64,000 nt of DNA from a virus. A program made the translations under genes and the position numbers. Position 1 is the stretch's first letter. Every line of letters starts with the position of its first letter. Of this stretch, positions 50,553 to 60,562 are shown piece by piece. Under the pieces are notes generated by a model. It saw only the letters and a program-made list of their open reading frames with translations, had not been told where the DNA came from and did no database searches. The DNA lies in IMG/VR virus record IMGVR_UViG_3300023181_000002, positions 1 to 64,000 of that record. The stretch is one strand, 5' to 3'.

Positions 50553-51307
50553 TGCTCAAATTCGATCATACAGTGGTCCGTTCTATAACTATTCGAAGCG
50601 AACGTTGCCGGGTTTCCCCATACCGTCCAAAAGTTGCTTCTTACTTGTGCAAGCGTGGTGCCGTAAGCAGGATTTGCATAATAGCAATACACCCAGAATC
50701 GTTTCGTGCCTACAGGGAAATTGACCCCGGCAGCAGATTTAAATGCCGTTAAGAAAGCAGCAAAATCTCCTTGCGTTAAATCTTTCATATTACCATCCAT
50801 CAGAATCGCATTCACTGTATTAGCCCCGTTAAAAGAAGACTTTGTGGCGGCGTACTCTAAACGGAAATTTCCTGGCGTAGTACCCGGAACGATGCGCGTT
50901 GTCTGCCCATTGATAATACGTGCCTTTCTGTTGTTGCGAACCACAACGCGAACGCCTCTGTCTAATGTATCAGAATCAGGTAAGCTACCTCCTGAAGCAA
51001 CATTCGTAATAGGGAAATTCTGATAAATAGCATAGTAAGCACTAGCCGGATGAATAGCCGGATCAGTTTCTATCTCTACTTTGAAACGCGCATCAGGGAT
51101 ACTATAAGTCGCATCCGTAATCGGGATATTCAAAATAAAAGTAAGCCCCGAAGGAGGTATCGTGAAACTGCTGCTTACAGGGATATTCAAGTCACCCAAA
51201 GGTGAACCATCCGTCTTAAGTGCCGTGGCAATTAAATGATAATTACCTCCCGTCGATTTAAGTCCCGTTAGCGTGTCTACCGATACAATGATTCTTATAG
51301 TATTCAT
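50549..51307 (-). CDS. Putative virion protein sharing N-domain with 47042..48664
   Basis: Identical PITDATYSIP and similar N-terminal ~80 aa. Confidence 0.6.
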   Translation of the reverse strand: MNTIRIIVSVDTLTGLKSTGGNYHLIATALKTDGSPLGDLNIPVSSSFTIPPSGLTFILNIPITDATYSIPDARFKVEIETDPAIHPASAYYAIYQNFPITNVASGGSLPDSDTLDRGVRVVVRNNRKARIINGQTTRIVPGTTPGNFRLEYAATKSSFNGANTVNAILMDGNMKDLTQGDFAAFLTAFKSAAGVNFPVGTKRFWVYCYYANPAYGTTLAQVRSNFWTVWGNPATFASNSYRTDHCMIEFEQ

Positions 51308-51774
51308 GACTTGTTCGTAAGTTCAATCGATGAGATTGATATGCTGCCAGATTTTGCAGGCACTAATACATTTATACTCCCAACCCCGTCACAACTAACA
51401 CCTGTCAAGGTTACGACATACGTAGATCCGGCAGCAGCCACCTTCGAAAGATTAAGCGTTAAATGCGCCTGCATCTCGACAGTAGGTTTTATAGTACCCT
51501 GTCCAATCACTTCATCTGTATTGGCAAAGTTGGCAATACGCCATGAAAGCTCCCTAACATCGTCGCCATCCCATAACACATCCCAAACCTTGTCACTTAC
51601 TATCGTGACCTTCGAAGGTTTTGGACCTCTCTTGCATTTTTTAAGTGCAGGATTAGGCTCTACAGGGGTTATACCTCCTGCGTCAACGATCTTCTGGATC
51701 GCATCGCTCATCGCCTCTGTCAGGATCACTCCTTCAGGCAATGTAATTGTCGTGGTCACTTTAATTGCTTCCAT
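51304..51774 (-). CDS. Putative virion protein (Ig-like)
   Basis: Beta-rich; GAACCAC leader; coupled in late operon. Confidence 0.55.
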   Translation of the reverse strand: MEAIKVTTTITLPEGVILTEAMSDAIQKIVDAGGITPVEPNPALKKCKRGPKPSKVTIVSDKVWDVLWDGDDVRELSWRIANFANTDEVIGQGTIKPTVEMQAHLTLNLSKVAAAGSTYVVTLTGVSCDGVGSINVLVPAKSGSISISSIELTNKS

Positions 51775-51782
51775 CGTGGTTC

Positions 51783-53843
51783 TTATGTATTAGTAAGCGT
51801 AATACTGTTGATCGCTAATCCGCAGCACACGTAGCATGGGTTATTTATTCTTAAAGTATGCGTGTTAAAGCAGGTTTCAGAACCATTGTAAACACGTACA
51901 GTAAAGTCTTTGTATTCTTGTCCCGGATCAAAACCAAGCGTGTTGAATACGACAATTGGGCCAGCTCCTGAGATAGTAGGCGAACCAACATAATTAGGCG
52001 TACAGGTGAATGTGCTGTCCAGACAGATTTGATACTTCGTACCATTGGTAATCGAAGTAATACTTACTGTGCCGTTACTGTTGGCATTCCCATCTGTACA
52101 GGTAGGCGGTGTGCTTGTAATCGTAAACGCCGGTGTATCGCAAGGCACCACACAGTTTACACCCGGCACTGTAACAGCTACGTCAATGAAGCAGTTATTT
52201 CTGCCATTGAACATGCGAATCACGTAAGGGCTATCCGTAGATGACCCGTTAAGGTTTGCTATGGTGATCGTACTGCCTGAATCAAATGCCGTTGAGTAAG
52301 TCGGACCCGAATATACTGTCCCTGAAGAGTAGCCATACTTGGTTGTATTGCCTACACCTGGAATAGAAATGATTGCATTGTTATTGATTGTCCCGCTGCT
52401 ACTCGCGCATGTTGCCGGTGTCACACTGACTGTGCCATGTGTCGGATTGATACAAGGAGTCTGATAGCACTGGTTATAGAAACGAAGCGGTGTTGTTGTG
52501 TAACACGTAGAGGAGTTATTGAATACCCTTACATTGAAATCGCGATACTCTTGTGAAGAAGTAAACCCGATATTCGATGCCATCGTAATAGGACCTGCGC
52601 CGGAGAACACCGTTGCATTGTCATAATCCGATGGGCACTGGAACGTATTACCTTCACAAAGCTGGAATCGTGTGCCGTTAACGATATTAGTCAACCGCAG
52701 AATACCATTGCTTAATGTTGCTGTCCCGTTACAAGTGGCATCCGTTTTAACGAAATTAAACGTAGGGGTCACACAAGTGATTGTGCATGTCACTAACCCG
52801 AAATTGGCTATTCTTTCAATGAAACACTCTGTAGTGCCATTGAAAACGATCAGACGGTAAGACTTATCAGTCGAAGCGCCTGGTATACCTGTGACTTCAA
52901 TTAAACCATTTTCAGGAACGGTTAATGCATCTGCATAAACAGGACGCGTTTGTGTTCCTGGAAGATAATAAGCGTAACGATCTGCGTTGTAAACAGGACC
53001 ATATTCAAAGTGTCCATTATTCAGGTAATTTCCTGCGTTGTCACAGGTAGAAGAAACAGTTTGAATACTATTAGGTCCGACAGGATACACACAGCCAGAG
53101 CCTCCACAAGTCGCGCTTGTTACACGCCACCCGAAAGAGCACCCGTCTGTTGTTTTGATATTAACAAAACCGTTAATACATTCTGTTACCTGCGGACTCA
53201 CATCTACTGTTTGTCCGGGCACACATCCTGAAGCAGATACCTGTACCTGAATCTGCGCCCTTGGACCTTCACAGCCATTAAGCGTTTGGCTCACATAGTA
53301 AGAAGTCAATCCTACTGCAGTCGTAGAAGGAACAGGAACAACCGTTGAAGCAGTGCCTCCTGTTGCGGTAGTATACCACTTTAAAGCAACCCCTGTAGCT
53401 TGTAAAGGCGAAGCGGTAGTATTCTGAACATAATTAACAGGCGTAACCACAGACGGAGCAGGTGTTGCGCAGCCGGGAACGGTAACATAATTTGCCGCGA
53501 CGCAAGCTTGGTTGCCTGCTTCACGGATATAGTATTTTCTTGGTCCTGGTAGCTGATTGGTGAACGTGGCGCTATCCTGCCAAAGGACACCATCATTACT
53601 GAACTGAACCGCGTTATTGCTATTTGCAGGGATAATTGTTATTGTAGTGCCTTGAATAATAGATCCGCCAAAGGTTAACTTGCAAGCAGGCTTTGCTCCA
53701 AGCGCATCCTTGATCACGTTAGCAACGTCATCACATAGACTTGGCGAGGAGACATATCTTACAACCATTAAATCCGGATCGATGCAGTCTGTGCATGGAG
53801 CCGGCGAGCAGTTGCAATCATCAAATTCAGGGCATTCGCACAT
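51783..53843 (-). CDS. Cys-rich repeat virion protein with Ig_7 (CHU_C-associated) domain
   Basis: P..Y.QN.TA.PL.ATG..LKWYT.ATGG......P.PST...G.TSYYVSQT.NGCEG.R..I.V.V plus four ~105-aa TC...N...R.+NG...CF repeats. Confidence 0.7.
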   Translation of the reverse strand: MCECPEFDDCNCSPAPCTDCIDPDLMVVRYVSSPSLCDDVANVIKDALGAKPACKLTFGGSIIQGTTITIIPANSNNAVQFSNDGVLWQDSATFTNQLPGPRKYYIREAGNQACVAANYVTVPGCATPAPSVVTPVNYVQNTTASPLQATGVALKWYTTATGGTASTVVPVPSTTAVGLTSYYVSQTLNGCEGPRAQIQVQVSASGCVPGQTVDVSPQVTECINGFVNIKTTDGCSFGWRVTSATCGGSGCVYPVGPNSIQTVSSTCDNAGNYLNNGHFEYGPVYNADRYAYYLPGTQTRPVYADALTVPENGLIEVTGIPGASTDKSYRLIVFNGTTECFIERIANFGLVTCTITCVTPTFNFVKTDATCNGTATLSNGILRLTNIVNGTRFQLCEGNTFQCPSDYDNATVFSGAGPITMASNIGFTSSQEYRDFNVRVFNNSSTCYTTTPLRFYNQCYQTPCINPTHGTVSVTPATCASSSGTINNNAIISIPGVGNTTKYGYSSGTVYSGPTYSTAFDSGSTITIANLNGSSTDSPYVIRMFNGRNNCFIDVAVTVPGVNCVVPCDTPAFTITSTPPTCTDGNANSNGTVSITSITNGTKYQICLDSTFTCTPNYVGSPTISGAGPIVVFNTLGFDPGQEYKDFTVRVYNGSETCFNTHTLRINNPCYVCCGLAINSITLTNT

Positions 53844-53846
53844 ATT

Positions 53847-54065
53847 TTATACGTTGTATTTCTCGTTTAAAAGGCATTCTTTCTGCCTGACTTGTCCTGT
53901 ATTCCAGTAAGGAAGAAACTCGTGGATGAACATCATCTCGAATAGATCATTTGCGATTTCATCGGAAGCCTTACCCTGCTTTGCGAGTTGGATATTTTTA
54001 CAATCCAGTTCGCCTGCCACCTTGATGATCCGTTCTTGCAAATCATTCGCTGAAGTGATTTTCAT
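53847..54065 (-). CDS. Small late protein
   Basis: Coupled in late operon. Confidence 0.55.
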   Translation of the reverse strand: MKITSANDLQERIIKVAGELDCKNIQLAKQGKASDEIANDLFEMMFIHEFLPYWNTGQVRQKECLLNEKYNV

Positions 54066-54742
54066 AATTTAATTCCATCGAGATAAACTTTAATCTGCTT
54101 CACGCTGGAAGCGACACACTCGCAATCACAATTACTACCCACTTCCGCTAATAGCTTTAATTTCGTCCATGCAAACATCAGGTCACGCATGGCATCCAAA
54201 CGTTTTTCCTTTGTTTTATGGAAGCTGTAACGGCAATCATCGCCAAGGGTCAACTTGTCAGCGATATCAAGTAGTTTCTTATCCTGATAACAGGTACTGA
54301 TGATACGTTTGATCTTTGTGCCTTCCAATACAAAAGTGTTATCTGTCTCGCCGGCACTGAAAACTTCCATCTTTACAGTGATACACCCTTCAGGGAAGCC
54401 TGATAAAAATCCTCCACAGTTAGGATCAAGATCAGGAACATCCGAGCAACCTTCACAATCACAAGGAACACCGCAGTCGCTGCATCCACTCGAAACAGGC
54501 ACATAAGGAATATCATAGGCATTGATTACCCATTCACCGTTTGTCTGATTAACAGTTCTCTCGAAAGAGTAATATCCGTTAATGCCTAAATCAAGGCTTA
54601 CCTTTGTCTTTACAATTCTGTCAGCGTCCACATTTAAACCGCCATATCCTCCGGGATAATCTACGCTGTACGGCGATGTCACATCTTTAAATATTAAAGC
54701 GTCACACTGCTGCTGCGTAATCTGAAAATCGGGGATAAGCAT
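54062..54742 (-). CDS. Cys-rich virion (tail hub-like) protein
   Basis: F.D.T..YS...PGGYG..N N-terminus seen in Bacteroidota phage tail proteins; CxC clusters. Confidence 0.5.
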   Translation of the reverse strand: MLIPDFQITQQQCDALIFKDVTSPYSVDYPGGYGGLNVDADRIVKTKVSLDLGINGYYSFERTVNQTNGEWVINAYDIPYVPVSSGCSDCGVPCDCEGCSDVPDLDPNCGGFLSGFPEGCITVKMEVFSAGETDNTFVLEGTKIKRIISTCYQDKKLLDIADKLTLGDDCRYSFHKTKEKRLDAMRDLMFAWTKLKLLAEVGSNCDCECVASSVKQIKVYLDGIKL

Positions 54743-54771
54743 CGTTTAAAGCGGGATTTCTGATTGATTAG

Positions 54772-54810
54772 TGAAAGTACTTTAATGAGAATTATACAAT
54801 CGTCTCACAA
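54772..54810 (-). promoter_or_regulatory. Candidate late promoter (TTGTGAGACGA + 20 nt + TACTTTCA)
   Basis: Same 11-mer and spacing as 63107-63145. Confidence 0.6.
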
Positions 54811-54884
54811 AAGTTTTTTCCGACTTTTAAAAGTAGTTTATTCTATTTAGTCCATGCGAGGTAGTGCCGACTTTTCAGTGACAC

Positions 54885-56873
54885 TCAATAAGCACGCATA
54901 GCCGGACCTAACCTGATCATAGGATAATCAGAAGATTCCTCCCTTTCGCGCTTGCCATTAGAAGGACCTAACTGTATCACGTAACTCTCTTTTTCGTATT
55001 CTTTATTCATGATCGTTACCGCGAGAGACTCTGTCAAGTTAAGCAAATGAAGCACCAAATGGAATGCTGAGGCAACGTCGGTATTTCTACGCGTACCCCA
55101 TTTAATAAGTTCTTCCAAGATTAGAGGCAACGTAATATTCTTGTAGCGGCCTTCCATAAAGTATTTACTTCCAAGGTAAGTAAGTTCCTGCTTCTCTGTC
55201 TGGCTTACTTTGATACCGGGATTACCGTTAATGTAAAACAGACGGTCGCCTGCTTTTTTGTCGCGTAAGAAGTTTGGGAACCCGTCATGGTTCCACTCAT
55301 AAAGGGTTTTCTCTACACCGTAAAACAGCATGCCTTTATAAAACTCTTCATAGGCTACCATTAAATCCGGATGATTGCCATAATACACGCAGACAGGCAT
55401 ATCTGATTTAATATTCTGTATCGTAGGCTTCCTGTATATAATCATCGCATTACGCGAGTCTTCACCAGTATCCTTGTGATTCTCGCCTCTGGATTTATAT
55501 CTATCATCTATGGCTGCTACATGAAGGTTCTTATACGCCTCTGTAGGCATACCTTCCCTGTTTACATACCAGTCTCCATCAACACTCTCAACGAATTGCA
55601 CCTTACCGGTAGGCTTACCATAACCATCGAGTAAATACTCTAACCTGCCTTTGTACCAGTGACTGGCATGATTCATTTTAAGCCATGCGATATGTTCGTT
55701 GATTTGCGCGACATTATAAGCAGACTTTTTATTGTTTGGCAAGAACGCCTCTTCCCATGTAAGCGGGTTTTCGATCAGATCCTGGTTGTAAGCATCCTGA
55801 TCACCAACTTTCGATTCACGCGTTTCTTTGATCTGTCTGAGCGCTTTGTCTTCCAAAGACTTTCCAGTCATGTAATCAATACAACCAAACAGCACGCGCG
55901 TTTTAGGGGTGAAATGTCTTGTCGCATTGTAAGCAGAAGGACTTTCGAAGATTTCCCTATAAGCGGTAGATTTATTGATAATCGCATTGGAAGTTCCTCC
56001 GATCAGAAACATCCCCCACTGCTCCCCTCCGAGTTTTACAGAAGGTTCATTCTCTGTGATGTAGTTTTTCAAGGAATCCCCCACCCAAAGACCAGCTTCT
56101 GCCGCGATAGCCAAGTTCACCCGTTTTCCTTTATAAACCCCTGCTTTCGTTTCCTGCCCAATTACATCGAAGCGGCACTGGCTTACCGGCTGCGCGATCC
56201 GGCCAATCTTGTAACCTATCGAGAAAAGATTCTGGTTATCATGAAGCAGATAAATATCATGCACCTTATTACTTCCTACGGGCTTCTTTCTTTTGAAGAT
56301 CGGATGAAGATTGATCCATGTATTTTTAAACCAGTCACGCTCGGTATTTACGACTTCATCGTTAGGGTAGGCACACCCCATAATCAAATCGTCTTTGAAA
56401 ACGAAGAAGTACATGCCTACCCCTAAAAGCGTAAATGTGGTCCATGCAATCCCCCTTGGTTTTGCTTCGACATGATTCTTCGCCATCTTATGCTTCCCGT
56501 TAGGAAGTTTCATATAGCGGTTCGCCCATATCTGATTTAATATCTCTTCATCATTATCCCGATAATAAGGATAATCATAATCGAATGTAGAGCTGTCAGG
56601 TTTTTTTAATGGAATCTTGCAGAAGTTGAGATAGAAATAAAGGAACCCATTCAGGTAATGCCCATCAGGAGCTACCCATCCGAATTGACAGCGCTTGATT
56701 TGTTCCTGCCACCACTGATAACCCCAATCGTCTTTGTCGCGCTTGGGCATCGGAGGCACCTTATCCGTTTCATGCAGGGCTACAACCGGACGGTATAACA
56801 CCTGTACAGAATCCGGATGTGTAAATGGATTGCGCTCAAGCTCTTCTATGACGATATCTTCTGCATCTATCAT
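54885..56873 (-). CDS. terL: Terminase large subunit (crAss-like)
   Basis: WW.EQ..RC..G......L.G..YFYLNF, K.RG Walker A region, EAG Walker B, GGT, NP.T.EEAF, nuclease D...DS.N, E.N, TD...AF. Confidence 0.85.
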   Translation of the reverse strand: MIDAEDIVIEELERNPFTHPDSVQVLYRPVVALHETDKVPPMPKRDKDDWGYQWWQEQIKRCQFGWVAPDGHYLNGFLYFYLNFCKIPLKKPDSSTFDYDYPYYRDNDEEILNQIWANRYMKLPNGKHKMAKNHVEAKPRGIAWTTFTLLGVGMYFFVFKDDLIMGCAYPNDEVVNTERDWFKNTWINLHPIFKRKKPVGSNKVHDIYLLHDNQNLFSIGYKIGRIAQPVSQCRFDVIGQETKAGVYKGKRVNLAIAAEAGLWVGDSLKNYITENEPSVKLGGEQWGMFLIGGTSNAIINKSTAYREIFESPSAYNATRHFTPKTRVLFGCIDYMTGKSLEDKALRQIKETRESKVGDQDAYNQDLIENPLTWEEAFLPNNKKSAYNVAQINEHIAWLKMNHASHWYKGRLEYLLDGYGKPTGKVQFVESVDGDWYVNREGMPTEAYKNLHVAAIDDRYKSRGENHKDTGEDSRNAMIIYRKPTIQNIKSDMPVCVYYGNHPDLMVAYEEFYKGMLFYGVEKTLYEWNHDGFPNFLRDKKAGDRLFYINGNPGIKVSQTEKQELTYLGSKYFMEGRYKNITLPLILEELIKWGTRRNTDVASAFHLVLHLLNLTESLAVTIMNKEYEKESYVIQLGPSNGKREREESSDYPMIRLGPAMRAY

Positions 56874-57157
56874 TAACGCGTCAATGTACCTGTGATTAAT
56901 AGATTCTCTACGATACCATTTTCGAAATTCACAATGATGCGTTTGCTGATAGAAGCGGTATCAATTCCTTGAGCCAGGCTTTCTCCGGTGTAAGTGGTTT
57001 GCACTCTGTCGCCTAAATCTGTTGGGGATGTACAATGACAAGCGCCATTCGTACTGCGGATGCGCGGAGCATCTTCTACTTTAAAGAAATCTACTGTAAC
57101 AGGCTGTCCCGTCTTAACGGTGCCAAAATTCAGATGCTGGGTGGTGAAATAACTCAT
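56873..57157 (-). CDS. DUF1573-like Ig-fold protein
   Basis: NFG.VK.G......F.......I......CHCT.P, K.I.V...NG..E.L.I.G. Confidence 0.55.
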   Translation of the reverse strand: MSYFTTQHLNFGTVKTGQPVTVDFFKVEDAPRIRSTNGACHCTSPTDLGDRVQTTYTGESLAQGIDTASISKRIIVNFENGIVENLLITGTLTR

Positions 57158-57166
57158 TTGTGGTTC

Positions 57167-57535
57167 TTATTTATTAGTTTGAAATTGTTTCCATTCTTTG
57201 CGGGACATCATTTTAGGGTAGCACTGCACCAGTCCCTGATCAAGGCACCATTGATCTTTACCTGCTTTACAGGCTTTGTCAGCGAACATTAAATCAGGTG
57301 TTTTACAGCCACAGCATAGACAACTCATATTAGGAGTCGCTACACAGGCTTTCGCAGGAGTTTCTTCTGTACGCCATTTGTATTGTTCTACAATATGCCG
57401 GCGCATAAAGTATCGGTAATTATGGTAGAGATAAATCCGGACGGTGCCTTGGATGTAATACCATGCATCTAGTGGATCTCGCCATACGTGCAGTATGTTT
57501 TGCTTTACTTTTAGGAATGCTGTTTTTAGTTTCAT
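57167..57535 (-). CDS. Cys-rich Zn-binding protein adjacent to terminase
   Basis: YIQG..R....C......C..CGC.TP.L.FADKAC...CYP.MM....W. Confidence 0.6.
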   Translation of the reverse strand: MKLKTAFLKVKQNILHVWRDPLDAWYYIQGTVRIYLYHNYRYFMRRHIVEQYKWRTEETPAKACVATPNMSCLCCGCKTPDLMFADKACKAGKDQWCLDQGLVQCYPKMMSRKEWKQFQTNK

Positions 57536-57680
57536 TTTCAGGTGGGTTATAAAAGCAGGAGAGCCTGCATTTTTAAGTGCAAGCTCCTACGAAAGTTTCC
57601 GAACCACCTAGAAACCTTTTTTCTTAAAGAGCACTCCACCCATCGTGAAGTGCCGTAATTCGGATACTATCGCGTGCTTG

Positions 57681-58847
57681 TTATGCTACGCTTTCGTCAT
57701 TCGCTGAGCAGTAACCTACTACTACTGTGTCGCCACCTACCGCTGTTGGCAAGGTTGCTGATTTAGACGTTACCGTGTAAAGGGATTTACCATTTACGTA
57801 AGAGTGTCTTACCACAGAGATTGTATTGCTGTTCGTATAATCAGTTTGCGCCGTTGTCAAGTTAGCACCAGAACCAGCATCAGTACGTGTTACGCAATAA
57901 CCGTAAACCGCGAAATCTGTTGGTGTTGTACCTGTTGTTTTCTTATCAAGAGCAGCGCTGTAAGCAGTCGGGTTAAGAAGAGCAACAGTTGCTGTATAAG
58001 CAGACTGACTATTCGTTACCGCAGGATCAAATACAAGCGTTGTTGTTTGCAATACACGACTGAAATGATTCGGATCGCTTGACGGACTCGAAGTACCTCC
58101 AAATTGACGGATCGGCTGATCCACATAATGGAATATTTCAATCGCTGACAAACAACGGTCTGTATCGCACTGTCCGAAGATCGCAGCGCCAAACCAGTCA
58201 ATCATCTTAAATGCCGTGTAACCTGTTTTAAAATTCGGCACGATCAAATCTGCTTCTGTAAGTCCTTGTGCTGACGCTACAAAGAAACCTACACCTGCCA
58301 CTTTCGCTTCAAGCTCCAGATAAGTATTACCTACATTAGAGGCTACAACCGGAGAATCAGGGTCTTTATTGAATTCCGCTACCAGCGCATTGATAATCTG
58401 CGTACAGCTCTCAATACAACCCGTTTGTACATAAGCTTCTTTAGGGCTTGACCATGTTTGCCATACCGGATACTCGCAAGCATCACTCACGCGGACATCA
58501 ACAGAAATTGTATCATTGAAAAGTGTACAGTCAGTACCAGCCTGGCACATCAAACGCACTTTCTGCTTCAGGTTAGCACCGCAGCTACGTAGCTTCACAC
58601 CAGAACCGCCATTGAGAATATTCTCAAAAGGAATCTTATGAAAATTACTTCCCGCAGCAAAGCCATCTCCTGTGCCAATACCTGTAGTTTTTGCAGTATA
58701 CAGAGACGTTCCCCCTTTGAATACAATGTTTCCAAACTCCAGCACCGGAACTTCCGTAGTTGCCCCGGAAAAATAAATAGCAAGCTGAGGAGACTGTCCG
58801 CAGTCGCCTTGCCTTCTTCTGTGAACACCAAAAGGTTTGTCTCTCAT
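57681..58847 (-). CDS. Virion structural protein (capsid auxiliary/tail)
   Basis: 388 aa Thr/Ala-rich, I...L...N.D...PV.AS; downstream of capsid block. Confidence 0.55.
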   Translation of the reverse strand: MRDKPFGVHRRRQGDCGQSPQLAIYFSGATTEVPVLEFGNIVFKGGTSLYTAKTTGIGTGDGFAAGSNFHKIPFENILNGGSGVKLRSCGANLKQKVRLMCQAGTDCTLFNDTISVDVRVSDACEYPVWQTWSSPKEAYVQTGCIESCTQIINALVAEFNKDPDSPVVASNVGNTYLELEAKVAGVGFFVASAQGLTEADLIVPNFKTGYTAFKMIDWFGAAIFGQCDTDRCLSAIEIFHYVDQPIRQFGGTSSPSSDPNHFSRVLQTTTLVFDPAVTNSQSAYTATVALLNPTAYSAALDKKTTGTTPTDFAVYGYCVTRTDAGSGANLTTAQTDYTNSNTISVVRHSYVNGKSLYTVTSKSATLPTAVGGDTVVVGYCSANDESVA

Positions 58848-58866
58848 TTTATTTTAATTTATTAAA

Positions 58867-59514
58867 TTATCCATTGTTTTGAACTTCTTGTCCCGTAGCC
58901 TGCCACTTGTTATAGTCTTCAATGCTAAGGGAATATTTCATTACTACCATATCAATGATGTCGTACTGTTGCGCCTGATCCTCTTCGGTGAACCCGTTAG
59001 GCTCTGTCAGAAGCGCGTAAGGCTTTGGCTTTTTTACGTAATAAACACTCACACCTTTCGGGGTATTCGTACTTAATATGTCAAAGTATAAGCCGGCATC
59101 GTTACGTCTTTCTATGTACCTTGGAAACTCGTCGTCTGGTTGATTAAAAGGATCACTTAAAGATTCTATCCCTTCATCTACTGTAAACGGCACAATCGGT
59201 CTTGTATAGGTTGTAATCTGTGCCCCACACTGAAAATCGAAATCTGCCCAAACACCCAGCACAAACGCAATATTCAAATCATCTGTGATATTTACCTGGC
59301 GAACATCCCCGAAGTCCTTGTCCCTGATAAAAGCTCTTGCGTCGGAACGCTGAAGCTCTGTCACTTCGAAATCCTTCACTTTTAACCTCAACCATTCAAG
59401 TCTTGATTCTTCGTACATCCAGACAAAAGCCAACTTCTGAATATCAGGGGAGTTAGATTTGTCAAGCTTTTCTGAAGCATACCTGAATATTTCAAGGTTG
59501 GTTAATTTCGCCAT
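58867..59514 (-). CDS. Tail ring/tube (gp4-like) protein, crAss-like
   Basis: LDK..S, FE.TE..R.D, .DPFN.P, YYVKKP, .IIDM.V motifs. Confidence 0.6.
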   Translation of the reverse strand: MAKLTNLEIFRYASEKLDKSNSPDIQKLAFVWMYEESRLEWLRLKVKDFEVTELQRSDARAFIRDKDFGDVRQVNITDDLNIAFVLGVWADFDFQCGAQITTYTRPIVPFTVDEGIESLSDPFNQPDDEFPRYIERRNDAGLYFDILSTNTPKGVSVYYVKKPKPYALLTEPNGFTEEDQAQQYDIIDMVVMKYSLSIEDYNKWQATGQEVQNNG

Positions 59515-60533
59515 TATTTAATCAAGGATTGCTCCTTTAAACCATTGTACAAAGGTTGATTCGATGCGAAGAACTCTTTAAGTTTCTTCTTCGTGAAACG
59601 TTCGTCAGAAATCGTTGGAAGGAAATACTTTGTCATAGGTCCTTTACCTTCTTTCTCAATCAACTGCGCTTCAAGAAACTCATCGATCTTAATATCCATC
59701 ATCGCGTCATCGTCAATCGGAGCTGAATCATCGAGTGGTCTTGCCTCTAAAGGTTTACCTACTTCATTGAACAAGCTCACAAAGTCAGAATCTTCGAATT
59801 TAGGCTCGTAAGCTTCAACCTTTTTCACATACTTCGGATCAATACCGCGTTGCAAATACACTTTAAAATCTGCATCCGAACGAAGTTGGAAAGCAGCTTC
59901 CTCTTGTGTCTTGGCATAGATCGTATCACGGTCTTTGCGAATCTTTCCATCTGTATCTTTAAACACAACACCTTTCTCGATAGCCACATCCAAAAGTGCC
60001 ATCAATTCAAAGTCCTGTGTTTCGACGATCATCTCTTCACCGCGCATAAACTTCGCCGGCTCTGTACGTGCCAGGTTATCAAGCTTCGTAAAGATGGTCT
60101 TCGAAGGTAAACCTGCGGCAAGACCAATCAATCGGCGGTATATCTGTGCCAATAATGTTTCATCATTCTTATGCTTACGAAGATATTCTTGCACTTTGAA
60201 CGACTGCTCAGCGAAGTAAAGCTCTTTGTCAACAATCTCCTGTGGATTAACAAGTAAGATGTGCGAAGTGCTTTCAGGATTCATCTTGCAGAAAAGCTGC
60301 AAGGTCTTGAAGTTATGCGCTTCAATCTTGTTGTCAAGGTTGAACTGGATTGTGTTGTCAATCACTAAATCTACTTCATCTGTACCGTCCGAGGTAAAGA
60401 AACAACGTCTTGGTTCTGCACTGCCGAGACGAGCTGTAAAGCCCGACCCGATGATTTCTTGTCTAAGCACGCCGCCAGCTTCCTTTCGGAGTCCGTTGAC
60501 TTGTCTTAAAGAAGCTGATACAATATTTGACAT
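59514..60533 (-). CDS. Conserved capsid-block protein
   Basis: Immediately downstream of the major capsid candidate; helical. Confidence 0.5.
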   Translation of the reverse strand: MSNIVSASLRQVNGLRKEAGGVLRQEIIGSGFTARLGSAEPRRCFFTSDGTDEVDLVIDNTIQFNLDNKIEAHNFKTLQLFCKMNPESTSHILLVNPQEIVDKELYFAEQSFKVQEYLRKHKNDETLLAQIYRRLIGLAAGLPSKTIFTKLDNLARTEPAKFMRGEEMIVETQDFELMALLDVAIEKGVVFKDTDGKIRKDRDTIYAKTQEEAAFQLRSDADFKVYLQRGIDPKYVKKVEAYEPKFEDSDFVSLFNEVGKPLEARPLDDSAPIDDDAMMDIKIDEFLEAQLIEKEGKGPMTKYFLPTISDERFTKKKLKEFFASNQPLYNGLKEQSLIK

Positions 60534-60562
60534 GATATTTTTATTTGTGGTTCTAAAAAATA

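Noticed and set aside
55659-56426. 255-aa + strand ORF
   Set aside because: Lies antisense within terL with no recognisable motif. The other short antisense/alternate-frame ORFs in the track were rejected for the same reason.
31900-56460. GCA-to-Gly recoding suggested by Ala in both DnaB and TerL Walker A motifs
   Set aside because: Only two cases; GCA encodes conserved Ala in other motifs, and no mechanism or tRNA is present.
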